A stretch of DNA of 35,003 bases from Anaerolineales bacterium (GCA_034434265.1 DAOTZP010000425.1:1-35003), one strand, 5' to 3'; counted from the stretch's first letter, positions 16,081 to 25,914 are shown. The notes: generated from the sequence alone by a model not told the origin. Program-made: numbers and translations.

Positions 16081-16191
16081 ATTTTCCTCCGGGTAATAGT
16101 GTAAAAGAGTGATTTGGATTTTTTGAACCCATGGAGTTGCCTCTGGGTATGCCGCCGTTTTCAACGCGGACGATGCACATTTTACACCAAA

Positions 16192-17463
16192 TTATTTCAT
16201 CATCAACCGCGCGGCTTTGCGCCCAATTTGCACCGCAAAGTTTGTGCCTCTATCCCACGGGTACACTTGACTCATGGAAGCAAAGTACAAGCCCCGCACG
16301 GGCGTTTGAATGGCGGGAATATTTTTGGAGTGATTGACAAGCGGCACGGGCTGGGCGTAATTGGTTTTATGTACCCAGATTTTATTAATCCACCCGCGCG
16401 TGAATTCGGGATTAAATTTTTGAAACGCGGGAATGAACCTCTCCAATAAGGCTTCATCGCTCATCGAAAAATATTCGTGACCGAGTTCAAGATAATCGCC
16501 CGCATACACAATATGTTCGCCGCCAAAATTTTCTTTGGAAACGTAATTGGTATGCTCAACCAGCGCAAGGAAGGGGTAGCCCTCCTCTTTTGGCACGTTG
16601 AACCAGTAATAGCCTTCTTTGGAAAGTTGACGCTTGAGCGAAAGCGTCATCACCACCGCGCCCATGGATTTTAAGTTAAGCAATCCTTTAAGGTAATCTT
16701 CGGGCAGTTCGGGGCATAACTTTGCCATGAGATTGGGCGAAGACGTGACGAGGACTTTGTCGAACGTTTCGCCGTCCACGTTCAGACCGCGTTCCGCGCT
16801 TTGAATGGAGCGGACAGCCCGCCCCAGCCGAATCTCCACCCCCATTTGATTCAACTTGTCTGCGAACAGGTCGGAGAATTTTTGAAAGCCGCCTTCAAAA
16901 GTTCCCAGCCGCGTGGTGCGCGCGTGAATGCGCGCCCACAGCCACGCCATGTTGACTTCTTTGTAAAATGGTCCAAACTTGCCCACGAGCAGCGGCTTCC
17001 ACATTTGTTCGTACACTTGTTTGCCCGCGTATTTCAGCATCCACTCTTCGGCGGTGAACTTTTCCAGCGCCTGCCAGTTTTTCGTCAGGCGAAGGAACAG
17101 CCCGACAAAGCCGAATCGGATTTTGTTGAAGCCAAAGCCCAAACCGGGAAATTTAAGAGCGTTCAGAATTGAATCAAAGGGATACCATTTGTTTTTGTAA
17201 AACATCACCGTCAGCGGGCGCGGAAAGATGACCTTATCCGCAAATCCCAGCTCGTCAATCAGTCCCAGCATTTCCTTGTCGGACTGAAACCAGTGATGAT
17301 AAAAATGTTCCACCGACCAGTTCCAATGAGGTTCTTTGAATCCGGCTGCCAGCCCGCCCGTGTGCTGTGCGGATTCAAAAATGATTACGTTGTGTCCCGC
17401 TTTTCTTAAGTCATACGCGGCTGCCATGCCGCCATACCCCGCTCCGATGATTGCAATCTTCAT
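16192..17463 (-). CDS. FAD-dependent oxidoreductase (amine oxidase/protoporphyrinogen oxidase-like superfamily)
   Basis: KIAIIGAGYGGM dinucleotide fold, GGLA, EHFYHH, YAQP, YPWDRG; substrate unknown. Confidence 0.85.
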   Translation of the reverse strand: MKIAIIGAGYGGMAAAYDLRKAGHNVIIFESAQHTGGLAAGFKEPHWNWSVEHFYHHWFQSDKEMLGLIDELGFADKVIFPRPLTVMFYKNKWYPFDSILNALKFPGLGFGFNKIRFGFVGLFLRLTKNWQALEKFTAEEWMLKYAGKQVYEQMWKPLLVGKFGPFYKEVNMAWLWARIHARTTRLGTFEGGFQKFSDLFADKLNQMGVEIRLGRAVRSIQSAERGLNVDGETFDKVLVTSSPNLMAKLCPELPEDYLKGLLNLKSMGAVVMTLSLKRQLSKEGYYWFNVPKEEGYPFLALVEHTNYVSKENFGGEHIVYAGDYLELGHEYFSMSDEALLERFIPAFQKFNPEFTRGWINKIWVHKTNYAQPVPLVNHSKNIPAIQTPVRGLYFASMSQVYPWDRGTNFAVQIGRKAARLMMK

Positions 17464-17477
17464 TCATGCTCCAATGT

Positions 17478-18101
17478 TTATTTTTTTGTTTCCCGCTCCA
17501 ATCGTTCTGCGAGTATTTTAAGTTTACCCCAATCTTGTCTGATTGCATAAATCATCGCCAAATTTTTCAGCCAGTGCGGGTTGCAGCGCGGGCTTGCGGC
17601 GAGCTCTTCAAACACTTTCACGGCGGTATCGTCCGTGCGGCGGGCTTTAATGCATTCGTTTGCGGCGCGTTCCAATTCCACCGTGCGGATGGATTGCGAA
17701 TGCTGCATACGCATTTCGCTCAATTTTTCGGCGACATACCGCACGGCGGTTTCCAACTCCTCCACCATAAACGGTTTGGTCAGGTACGCTTTTACGCCCA
17801 AAAATTCCGCCACGTTGAGCGTCATGGCGTCATTTTCCGCCGAGATGACAATGCACGCGGTGTCGGGATACATCTGCGAGATGTGGCCATACGCGGTCAA
17901 GCCGTCCATTTCGGGCATGTTCACGTCCATAATCACAATATCGGGGCGGTGTTCTTTTGCCATTTCAATCGCTTGCGCGCCGTTGGATGCCATCGCAACC
18001 ACTTCCACGTTGTTCAGTGCGGAGAGCATCAGGCGGGTGCTGCGGCGCGTTTCCTGCACGTCATCGGCAATCAATACTTTCCATTTTCGGGTTGGGGTCA
18101 T
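17478..18101 (-). CDS. Response regulator with intact receiver and short helical C-terminal domain
   Basis: LIADD, MDVNMPEMDG, IVISA, YLTKPF all canonical; SD AAGGAG before ATG 18101. Confidence 0.9.
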   Translation of the reverse strand: MTPTRKWKVLIADDVQETRRSTRLMLSALNNVEVVAMASNGAQAIEMAKEHRPDIVIMDVNMPEMDGLTAYGHISQMYPDTACIVISAENDAMTLNVAEFLGVKAYLTKPFMVEELETAVRYVAEKLSEMRMQHSQSIRTVELERAANECIKARRTDDTAVKVFEELAASPRCNPHWLKNLAMIYAIRQDWGKLKILAERLERETKK

Positions 18102-18178
18102 GGCGGACTCCTTTTCTAATCCTTGCCGCCAAGTATAAACCTTTGAATTTTTCAAAACATGACGATTCTGTACTATTT

Positions 18179-20101
18179 TTACGCGCGTTCGCGGAACTGT
18201 GTTTCAAACAGCTGCGCGTACAATCCCTTTTTGGCGAGCAGTTCCTCATGCGCGCCGCGCTCGACGATTTTGCCCCTGTCCATCACCAGAATTAAATCGG
18301 CGGCGAGGATGGTGCTTAAGCGGTGCGCGATGACAATGGACGTGCGCCCCGCCATGACGCGCTTGAGCGCCTCTTGAATTAACGCTTCGGATTCGCTGTC
18401 CAAGTGGCTGGTGGCTTCATCCAAAACCAGAATGCGCGGGTCTTTGAGGATGACGCGCGCCAGCGCGATGCGTTGTTTTTCTCCGCCGCTCAGTCTGTAT
18501 CCGCGCTCGCCGACGATGGTGTCGTAGCCTTCGGGCAATCCCATGATGAAGTTGTGAATGTTCGCGGCTTTTGCCGCCGCCTCAATTTCGCTTTGCGTGG
18601 CGTTCATTTTTGCGTAGGTCAAATTGGTGCGGATGCTGTCGTGGAAGAGGTACGTCTCCTGCGTGACCATGCCGATGGCGTTGGAAAGCGAATCCAACGT
18701 TACGTCGCGCAGGTCGTGACCGTCGAGCCGAATCGTTCCGCTGGCGGGGTCGTACAATCGCGGGATGAGATAGGTGATGGTGGTTTTGCCCGCGCCCGAA
18801 GGTCCGACGAGCGCAACCAAACTCCCCGCAGGCGCGGCGAAGGTGATGTCTTCCAGCGCAATCATTCTGGCTTGCGAAGCCGCTTCGGGGGCGGATTCCG
18901 CCGCGCGTTTTTCAGTCTTGCTTTCCGCGTTTCCTGAAAGCACGGCTTTTACGTCATCCATTCTGCCGTAGCGTTTCACTTCTTTAAGCAGTTTGCTTTC
19001 ATCCACTTGATAGCGAAATGTGACCTTTTCAAATTCAAGGCTGCCTTTTACGTCATGCAATGCAATTGCGTTTGGCTTTTCTTCGATGTCCTGCGGCAGG
19101 TCAATAATTTCAAAGACGCGCTCAAAAGAAACCATGCTGGTAAAAAATTCAACGGGCGCGGCGGCGAGCCCTTGCAGCACGCCGTATAACGAGCCTAGAT
19201 ACGAAACGAAGGCGACAATTGTGCCGATGGTAAATTCGCCGCTGATGACGTAATAGCCGCCCAGCCCGTACACCAATGCCGTGCCGATTGCTCCCGAAAG
19301 CCCAAGCATGACGAAGAAACTGGAACCTATGACCGCGCGTTTGATTCCAATATCGCGCACGCGGGCGGCGCGCTCGCGGAAGCGGGTCTCTTCTTCATGG
19401 CTGCGCCCGAACAGTTTGACCAGCAGCGCTCCGCCGATGTTGAGCGTTTCGTTCATGTGCGCGTTCATCTGCGCGTTCAAATCCATTGCTTCGCGGGATA
19501 TTTCGCGCAGTTTGCCGCCGATGATGCGGGCGATGAAAAAGAAAAGCGGAAGCGCAAAAATACTGGCAAGCGTCAGCCGCCATTCGAGCGAGAACATGAC
19601 GCTGGAAATGGCGATGGTTTGCACAAGGTTGGTGACCATGCCGACGATGGTGTTGCTGATGGCGTTTTGCGCTCCGACCACGTCGCTATTAAGGCGCGAC
19701 ATGAGCTCGCCGACTTTGGTGTTGGTGAAGAAGCGCAGCGACATGCGCTGCAAGCGCGAGAATAACGCGGAGCGCAGGTCATATATCACGCCTTCGCCGA
19801 CATAAGCGTTCAACCTGCGTTGAATGACGTTGACTGCTCCGCTTAAGATGGGAACAAGCAAAAGCGCGGAAGCAAAGATGATTAATTGATTAAGGTTTTT
19901 GGACGGCAGAATTTCGTCAATTAAATATCGGAAGATGAGCGGTGAAATTAATCCCAGCCCGGCGCTGAGTAAAATCGTTAATAACATGCCGCCAATGTGC
20001 GCCCAATACGGGCGGGCGTAGTTCAACACGCGCAAAAGCAATTGCCGCGTAATATGCGGCTTTTCGTTGTCCGATTGCATGAATGAAAACCAGAAGTGCA
20101 T
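18179..20101 (-). CDS. ABC exporter, fused permease/ATP-binding (MsbA/MdlB-like)
   Basis: N-terminal TM domain; GPSGAGKT, LSGGEKQR, LVLDEATS, IAHRLS. Confidence 0.95.
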   Translation of the reverse strand: MHFWFSFMQSDNEKPHITRQLLLRVLNYARPYWAHIGGMLLTILLSAGLGLISPLIFRYLIDEILPSKNLNQLIIFASALLLVPILSGAVNVIQRRLNAYVGEGVIYDLRSALFSRLQRMSLRFFTNTKVGELMSRLNSDVVGAQNAISNTIVGMVTNLVQTIAISSVMFSLEWRLTLASIFALPLFFFIARIIGGKLREISREAMDLNAQMNAHMNETLNIGGALLVKLFGRSHEEETRFRERAARVRDIGIKRAVIGSSFFVMLGLSGAIGTALVYGLGGYYVISGEFTIGTIVAFVSYLGSLYGVLQGLAAAPVEFFTSMVSFERVFEIIDLPQDIEEKPNAIALHDVKGSLEFEKVTFRYQVDESKLLKEVKRYGRMDDVKAVLSGNAESKTEKRAAESAPEAASQARMIALEDITFAAPAGSLVALVGPSGAGKTTITYLIPRLYDPASGTIRLDGHDLRDVTLDSLSNAIGMVTQETYLFHDSIRTNLTYAKMNATQSEIEAAAKAANIHNFIMGLPEGYDTIVGERGYRLSGGEKQRIALARVILKDPRILVLDEATSHLDSESEALIQEALKRVMAGRTSIVIAHRLSTILAADLILVMDRGKIVERGAHEELLAKKGLYAQLFETQFRERA

Positions 20102-20130
20102 GGGCGTTTCCTTATGAGATTGTTTCTTAA

Positions 20131-20234
20131 TGTCGTTTCGGGCGGCAGTGGAAAATCTTTTTCGCTTCAGCAGGCAGGATTTCTCCTCGCTTGTTCTCTC
20201 ACATTCGTTTGAGACACGGCTCGCCGAAATGGCA
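20131..20234. repeat. REP-like palindromic element in a divergent intergenic region
   Basis: Imperfect inverted ends TGTCGTTTCGG / CCGAAATGGCA with an inner GAAAATCT / GGATTTCTC pair. Confidence 0.55.
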
Positions 20235-20279
20235 AAATCATCATTGCTGACTATTCAACCCTGCGCGTCTCTTACGGAA

Positions 20280-20288
20280 TGCTATAAT
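20280..20288 (+). promoter_or_regulatory. Extended -10 promoter, leaderless degV-family transcript
   Basis: TGcTATAAT 6 nt before ATG 20295; no SD. Confidence 0.7.
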
Positions 20289-20294
20289 CAAATC

Positions 20295-21137
20295 ATGCAA
20301 ATTGGCATTGTCACAGATTCCACATCCGACATTCCCGCGTATCTTGTTGAACAGCATGGCATTGTTGTCGTTCCCACCATCCTTGTTTTGGATGACAAAG
20401 AATATGTGGACGGCAAAGACATCACCCGCGAGGAGTTTTATCGGCGCCTGCCGTCGCTCAAAAAGCCGCCGACCACCGCCGCGCCTTCCATTGGCGATTT
20501 TGCCAAAGCCTACGACGCGCTTTTTTCGCAGGGCTGCAATCATATCATCTCCATTCATCCCGCCGCGCAACTGACCACCATTGTCAATGTGGCAAAACAA
20601 GCGGCGCAGGATTTTGCGGATAAAGTCACCTGCTTGGATAGCGGCTCGCTTTCGATGGGCTTGGGGTTTCAAGCCCTCGCCGCCGCGCAGCATAGCGAGC
20701 TTGGACTTTCAGCGGCGCTTGGCGCGGTTGAATCCGCCCGCCGAAGGCTTCAAGTGAAAGCCGCGCTGGATACAATGGAATATCTCAAACGCAGCGGACG
20801 AGTCCCCAAAGTGGTTGCCGCGCTTGGCGGGCTGCTCTCGCTCAAACCGATGATTGAATTGGTCGAAGGCGAGGTGAAACCCATCGGCGCAACGCGGGTT
20901 ACACATCAAGCCGATGAGCGCGTGTTGAGCTTTCTCAAAGAAAATGGGGAACTGGAACAGCTCGCCGTGCTGCACACCAACGCCGAACATCGCGCAAAGA
21001 AACTGCTCGATGCCATGATGAACGACCCGCAAACCCGCCCGTTTGTGCCGCGCGATGTGATGATGATGAACGTCACCGCTGTCATTGGCGCGCATCTCGG
21101 TCCTAATGGGGTGGGGTTCGCGGCGGTGCGAAAGTAA
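20295..21137 (+). CDS. DegV/FakB family fatty-acid-binding protein
   Basis: IVTDSTSD, TTAAPS, LDSGSLSMG, LKRSGRV, VIGAHLGP. Confidence 0.95.
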   Translation: MQIGIVTDSTSDIPAYLVEQHGIVVVPTILVLDDKEYVDGKDITREEFYRRLPSLKKPPTTAAPSIGDFAKAYDALFSQGCNHIISIHPAAQLTTIVNVAKQAAQDFADKVTCLDSGSLSMGLGFQALAAAQHSELGLSAALGAVESARRRLQVKAALDTMEYLKRSGRVPKVVAALGGLLSLKPMIELVEGEVKPIGATRVTHQADERVLSFLKENGELEQLAVLHTNAEHRAKKLLDAMMNDPQTRPFVPRDVMMMNVTAVIGAHLGPNGVGFAAVRK

Positions 21138-21149
21138 ACTCCCTCCGCA

Positions 21150-21158
21150 TGATAAAAT
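21150..21158 (+). promoter_or_regulatory. Extended -10 promoter, leaderless recG transcript
   Basis: TGaTAAAAT 7 nt before ATG 21166; no SD. Confidence 0.6.
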
Positions 21159-21165
21159 AATCTTT

Positions 21166-23586
21166 ATGCAACCATCTCTCGAAAAACTTAGAAAATTTTT
21201 CCGGCTCGAACACGAAAACGGATATAACAACACCGCCATCATCGGCGGGCTTGCCAAAATGCTCGACTTTTGGGAAGGGGAAGCGCGCGCAGACGGCATT
21301 GACGAGGGCGTCATTCAAGCGGTGATTTCGCGCCTGCGCTCGTATGAAAAGCTCAGCGCGGAGGGGCGCGCTGAATCGCTTAAAGGGTTATGGAAGCGGA
21401 TTGGCGAGACATACCCCGAGGCGGGGCAAAAGCCCAAACAGCAGCAGCCCGCTCCACGTCCCAAGCCGCAGCCGCGCTCGGATTCTGTGGCGGGCGCAAA
21501 GCACAGCCAAACGCCCGCCGCGCTGAATGCAAGTTTGGAAGTGATTCACGGCATTGGTCCCGCCAACGCAAAGTCGCTGGAAAAACTTGGCTTAAAAACG
21601 CTTGGCGACATGCTGTATTATTTTCCGTTTCGTTATGAGGATTACAGCCAGCTCAAACCGATTAAGTCGTTGATGTATGGCGAGGTGGTGACGATTATCG
21701 GCGTTGTGCAAAGCGTCACTTCACGTCCCATCAAAGGCGGCAAGGCTTCGATTCAAGAAGTCATCATCAGCGATGGCACAGGCGCGCTGCGGTTGTCTTA
21801 TTTCAACAGCCCGTGGCTGACAAATCGTTTGAAAGCGGGCAGCGCCATTTCTGTTTCCGGAAAGGTGGACCAATATCTCGGCAGGCTGGTGATGAACGCG
21901 CCGGACTACGAAGATGTGGAAATGGAAAACCTGCACACCGCGCGGATTGTTCCCATATACTCACTGACCGAAGGCATTACGCAAAAGTGGCTGCGTAAAT
22001 ATATGAATCAGGTGGTTTCGTTTTGGGCGCCCGCCGTGGTGGATGCGATGCCCGATTCAATCAAACGCGCCGCGCAGCTTGTTTCGCTCGGCGAGGCATT
22101 AACGCAAGTGCACTTTCCCGCTTCGCAGGAAAAGTTAAAACTTGCGCGCGAGCGTCTTGCCTTTGATGAAATCTTTTACCTGCAAATGGGCGTTCTGCGC
22201 CAAAAGCGCGATTGGAAAGCGGTGGAAGGAAGACGCTTTCCCGTTTCTGATGAATGGCTGCAAACGCGCCTTTCCGCTCTTCCTTTCGAGTTAACCCCTG
22301 CGCAGAAAAACGCGCTTGCCGACCTTCGGGCTGACCTTGATTCAGGCAAGCCGATGAACCGTCTCGTGCAGGGCGATGTGGGCTCGGGCAAAACGGTGGT
22401 TGCCGCGCTGGGCGCAAGCATGGTGGTTGCCGCCAACGCGCAAGCCGCCGTGATGGCGCCTACTTCCATCCTTGCGGAGCAACATCACCGCAACTTCACC
22501 AACCTGCTGGCGCGCGAAGGCGGCTTGTTGAACGAAAGCGAAATCCGCTTGCTGGTGGGCAGCGCGCCCGAAAGCGAAAAAGAGGAAATTCGGCTTGGGC
22601 TGATGGATGGCACGATTAAGATTGTGATTGGCACGCACGCGCTGATTGAAGACCCAGTGTTGTTCAAAGATTTGCAATTCATCGTCATTGATGAGCAGCA
22701 CCGCTTTGGCGTGGAGCAGCGCGCCGCGCTGCGCAGCAAAGGCACAAACCCGCACCTGTTGGTGATGACCGCCACGCCCATTCCGCGCTCGCTGGCGCTG
22801 ACCGTGTTTGGCGACCTTGATATTTCAGTCATTGACCAAATGCCGATGGGCAGGAAGCCCATCAATACATACGTCCTTCGCCCGCAGGAAAGAGAACGCG
22901 CGTTCACCGTCATTCGCGGACAAATTCAAAAAGGCAGGCAAGCCTTCATTGTCTATCCGCTGATTGATGAAAGCGAAAAAATTGAAGCGCGCGCGGCGGT
23001 GGATGATTTTGAAAAACTTTCCAAAGTAGTGTTCTCCGACTTTAAGTTGGGCTTGCTGCACGGGCGCATGAAACCCGCCGAAAAAGATGAAGTGATGCTC
23101 AAATTCCGCAACAGGGAATTTGACATTCTCGTTTCCACAACGGTTGTAGAAGTGGGCGTGGATGTGCCAAACTCCACAGTGATGTTGATTGAAGGCGCGG
23201 ATAGATTCGGCTTGGCGCAGTTGCATCAACTCCGCGGGCGCGTGGGGCGGGGAAGCGAAGAGTCGTTCTGCCTGCTCATTCCCACCCGCGAAGACGCGGC
23301 GGAAAATGAGCGCTTGCAAGCCATGTCACGAACCAACAGCGGGTTTGAACTGGCGGAGTTGGATTTGAAAACGCGCGGTCCCGGCGAATTTCTCGGCACG
23401 CGGCAGGCGGGCTTTGCCACCACGCTTAAGATGGCGAGCATTACCGATGTGAGTCTCATTGAAAAAGCGCGCGAACAGGCGCAAGCCCTGTTTGAACGCG
23501 ACCCGTACTTGCAACAACCCGAACACGCCCTGCTTAAAGAAGCCTTTGAACGGTTTTGGGGCGCAGGCAAAGGAGATGTGAGTTAG
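21166..23586 (+). CDS. recG: ATP-dependent DNA helicase RecG
   Basis: QGDVGSGKT, DEQHRFG, MTATPIPR, QLRGRVGRG, RGPGEFLGTRQAG; wedge domain; N-terminal extension. Confidence 0.97.
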   Translation: MQPSLEKLRKFFRLEHENGYNNTAIIGGLAKMLDFWEGEARADGIDEGVIQAVISRLRSYEKLSAEGRAESLKGLWKRIGETYPEAGQKPKQQQPAPRPKPQPRSDSVAGAKHSQTPAALNASLEVIHGIGPANAKSLEKLGLKTLGDMLYYFPFRYEDYSQLKPIKSLMYGEVVTIIGVVQSVTSRPIKGGKASIQEVIISDGTGALRLSYFNSPWLTNRLKAGSAISVSGKVDQYLGRLVMNAPDYEDVEMENLHTARIVPIYSLTEGITQKWLRKYMNQVVSFWAPAVVDAMPDSIKRAAQLVSLGEALTQVHFPASQEKLKLARERLAFDEIFYLQMGVLRQKRDWKAVEGRRFPVSDEWLQTRLSALPFELTPAQKNALADLRADLDSGKPMNRLVQGDVGSGKTVVAALGASMVVAANAQAAVMAPTSILAEQHHRNFTNLLAREGGLLNESEIRLLVGSAPESEKEEIRLGLMDGTIKIVIGTHALIEDPVLFKDLQFIVIDEQHRFGVEQRAALRSKGTNPHLLVMTATPIPRSLALTVFGDLDISVIDQMPMGRKPINTYVLRPQERERAFTVIRGQIQKGRQAFIVYPLIDESEKIEARAAVDDFEKLSKVVFSDFKLGLLHGRMKPAEKDEVMLKFRNREFDILVSTTVVEVGVDVPNSTVMLIEGADRFGLAQLHQLRGRVGRGSEESFCLLIPTREDAAENERLQAMSRTNSGFELAELDLKTRGPGEFLGTRQAGFATTLKMASITDVSLIEKAREQAQALFERDPYLQQPEHALLKEAFERFWGAGKGDVS

Positions 23587-23650
23587 TTTCGTTTGATGTT
23601 GATTTTGCTGGCATGACATCTTCCCAACCGAAAAACTCCGCAAAAGGATT

Positions 23651-24169
23651 ATGGTTAGAGCTTTATTTCCCGGAACGTTCGACCCCATTCACTACGGTCA
23701 CATGGATATTGCCAACCGCGCCTCGCGTCTGTTTGACGAGGTGGTGATGGCGGTGTACGATAAGCCGCTTAAATCGCTGATGTTTTCGCCCGAAGAGAGA
23801 ATCGCGCTGGTTCGGCAGTCTTTCAACGGAAACCCGAAAATCAAAGTCACCGGATACAGCGGGCTGACGATTGACTTTGCGCGGCAAATTGAAGCGCACG
23901 TCATTGTGCGCGGATTGCGCGTCTTTTCTGATTTTGAGTTTGAATTTCGCATGGCGCTGGCAAATCAGCGGCTGGCAAAAGACGCGGTGGAAACGGTGGC
24001 GCTCATCACCGCCGAACAGCATACTTTCCTTTCATCTTCCACCGTGCGCGAGATTGCCATGCTCAATGGCGATGTTTCCAGCATGGTTCCGCCGCATGTC
24101 AAAGAGGCGCTGCACAACAAGGTGATTAATATGGGAGAGCAATCCCCGCCGAACGCGCTGCGCGATTAA
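23651..24169 (+). CDS. coaD: Phosphopantetheine adenylyltransferase
   Basis: PGTFDPIHYGH, RGLR..SDFEFE, LSSSTVREIA. Confidence 0.97.
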   Translation: MVRALFPGTFDPIHYGHMDIANRASRLFDEVVMAVYDKPLKSLMFSPEERIALVRQSFNGNPKIKVTGYSGLTIDFARQIEAHVIVRGLRVFSDFEFEFRMALANQRLAKDAVETVALITAEQHTFLSSSTVREIAMLNGDVSSMVPPHVKEALHNKVINMGEQSPPNALRD

Positions 24170-24228
24170 TTTGTGCTAGAATTAGCATCGTAACGCGAAT
24201 GAATTTCGCAAGGATTACGGAGCAAAAC

Positions 24229-24717
24229 ATGGACATCCTGCAACTGATTGACCGACTGGAAGAACTCTTCAACGACGCAAAAGCCGTTCCTTTTACGCAC
24301 AATGTGGTGGTGGATGAAGACCGCATGTTGGAGTTAATTGACCAGATGCGTATTGCCATCCCCGAAGAAGTGAAGAAGGCGCAGCAAATCGCCGCGCAGC
24401 GCGACCGCGTAATGGCGCAGGCGCAGGAAGAAGCCAATCGCACGCTGCAACTGGCGCGTGAGAAAGCCGAGCAGATGGTTCAAAAGGACATTATTGTGCA
24501 GGAAGCGCAGCGCCGCGCCGACCAGATTTTGGCGCAAGCCCGCGCCGATGCCGAAGCCACCCGCGCCGATGCCGATAACTACGTTTTGGATACGTTGATG
24601 CAGCTGCAAGACCAGCTTGCAAAACTTAACAATCAGGTTGCAAACGGAATTCGCGTTATTCAAGAGGAACAATTAAGAAAGATGCCATCCGGCGCCGCGT
24701 CTTCATCTGAAAAATGA
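24229..24717 (+). CDS. DivIVA/SepIVA-like coiled-coil protein commonly found after coaD
   Basis: IDRLEEL...A..VPF...VD......ID.MR..IPEE.KKA followed by AxxEA heptads; SD GGAG; TGcTAGAAT upstream. Confidence 0.8.
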   Translation: MDILQLIDRLEELFNDAKAVPFTHNVVVDEDRMLELIDQMRIAIPEEVKKAQQIAAQRDRVMAQAQEEANRTLQLAREKAEQMVQKDIIVQEAQRRADQILAQARADAEATRADADNYVLDTLMQLQDQLAKLNNQVANGIRVIQEEQLRKMPSGAASSSEK

Positions 24718-24721
24718 ACAT

Positions 24722-24747
24722 CTCCCCGCGATAGCGGGGAGTTTCTT
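24722..24747 (+). terminator. Probable intrinsic terminator
   Basis: CTCCCCGC-GATA-GCGGGGAG followed by TTTCTT. Confidence 0.7.
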
Positions 24748-24761
24748 ATAAGGGACACATC

Positions 24762-25853
24762 ATGTACACATCCCCTCCGTGGACAAATTTTACAAAGTAC
24801 GTTGTAATTTTTTTATCGCTTGCCGCCATTGGCGTCATTATCCGCTTTGCCAGCCCGTTGATTGGTCCGCTGGTGATTTCGGCTTTGCTGGCGTTTGTGC
24901 TTACCCCGCTTGTGGAAAGACTCGCAGCCTACCAGCGCATTCGGCGCGACTCGGCTGTGCTGATTGTGTACTTGATTTTCCTCGCGCTGCTGATTGCCGT
25001 GCCGTCCATTGTCGCGCCGCTGCTTATCAATCAGGTCTTAAACCTTTCGGTGGATTTGCTGCAAGTGGACAAAGAAATTGAAAAATTCATGAGCCAAAGT
25101 TTTGAAATTGCGGGCATGTCTTTTGCGCCCGGCGTTCAGGTAACGCAAAGCATTCAAGACTTGCTGCAAGAATTTATTGGGCAAGTCTCCACCGGCGCGG
25201 TTAACTTTTTGGGCGCGGTCAGCTCCAATTTTGCGTGGCTGCTGGTCATCCTTGTTGCCACCTATTATTTTTTGAAGGACGGCGGCGCGTTAACAAACTG
25301 GCTGGTCAGCTGGCTGCCCGAAGGCTACCATAACGACGCGCGCATGTTTATTTCGGAAATGAACCGCATCTGGGCGGTCTTTATTCGCGGGCAGTTGATT
25401 CTCGCCTTTTTGATTGCCATTATGACTTCCATTGGCATGGCGGCTGTCGGCTTGCGCGGCGCGGTGGGCGTGGGCATTGTGGCAGGCGTGTTGGATGTCA
25501 TCCCCTCGGTGGGTCCAATGGTGGGCGGCGTCATTGCCGTGTTGGTTGCTTTAATTTTCGGCTCGTCCTATTTGAACGTATCCAATTTTGTCTTTGCGCT
25601 TATCGTTGGCGCAATTTTTCTTGTCATTCAGCAAATTGAAAACATCTGGCTGCGCCCGCACATTATGGGGCAAACGTTAAAGATTCACCCCGCTGTGGTT
25701 TTTATCGGCGTGATTGGCGCGCTGGTGCTTTCCGGCGTGCTTGCCGCGCTCACCATCATTCCGCTTATGGCAACGGCCGGCATGTTGGGGCGGTACATTT
25801 ACGAGAAAATTACCCAAGTCGAATCTCCGCCCAAAGAGGAAAACGCTGAATAA
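24762..25853 (+). CDS. AI-2E (PerM) family transporter
   Basis: LLAFVLTPLV, YYFLKDG, FIRGQL, IPSVGP, QQIENIWLRP..MG..L.IHP. Confidence 0.93.
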   Translation: MYTSPPWTNFTKYVVIFLSLAAIGVIIRFASPLIGPLVISALLAFVLTPLVERLAAYQRIRRDSAVLIVYLIFLALLIAVPSIVAPLLINQVLNLSVDLLQVDKEIEKFMSQSFEIAGMSFAPGVQVTQSIQDLLQEFIGQVSTGAVNFLGAVSSNFAWLLVILVATYYFLKDGGALTNWLVSWLPEGYHNDARMFISEMNRIWAVFIRGQLILAFLIAIMTSIGMAAVGLRGAVGVGIVAGVLDVIPSVGPMVGGVIAVLVALIFGSSYLNVSNFVFALIVGAIFLVIQQIENIWLRPHIMGQTLKIHPAVVFIGVIGALVLSGVLAALTIIPLMATAGMLGRYIYEKITQVESPPKEENAE

Positions 25854-25877
25854 ATATGCGCGCTGCTGTTGGCGTAA

Positions 25878-25914
25878 AGCCTTCGCGAATATTTGCGGGG
25901 GCTCTTGTTTTTTT
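25878..25914 (+). terminator. Probable intrinsic terminator between convergent genes
   Basis: AGCCTTCGCGA...TTGCGGGGGCT stem with G-U pairs, followed by a T tract. Confidence 0.55.

Noticed and set aside
16192..17463. Assignment as hemY
   Set aside because: Only superfamily-level motifs are visible and there is no heme-biosynthesis context.
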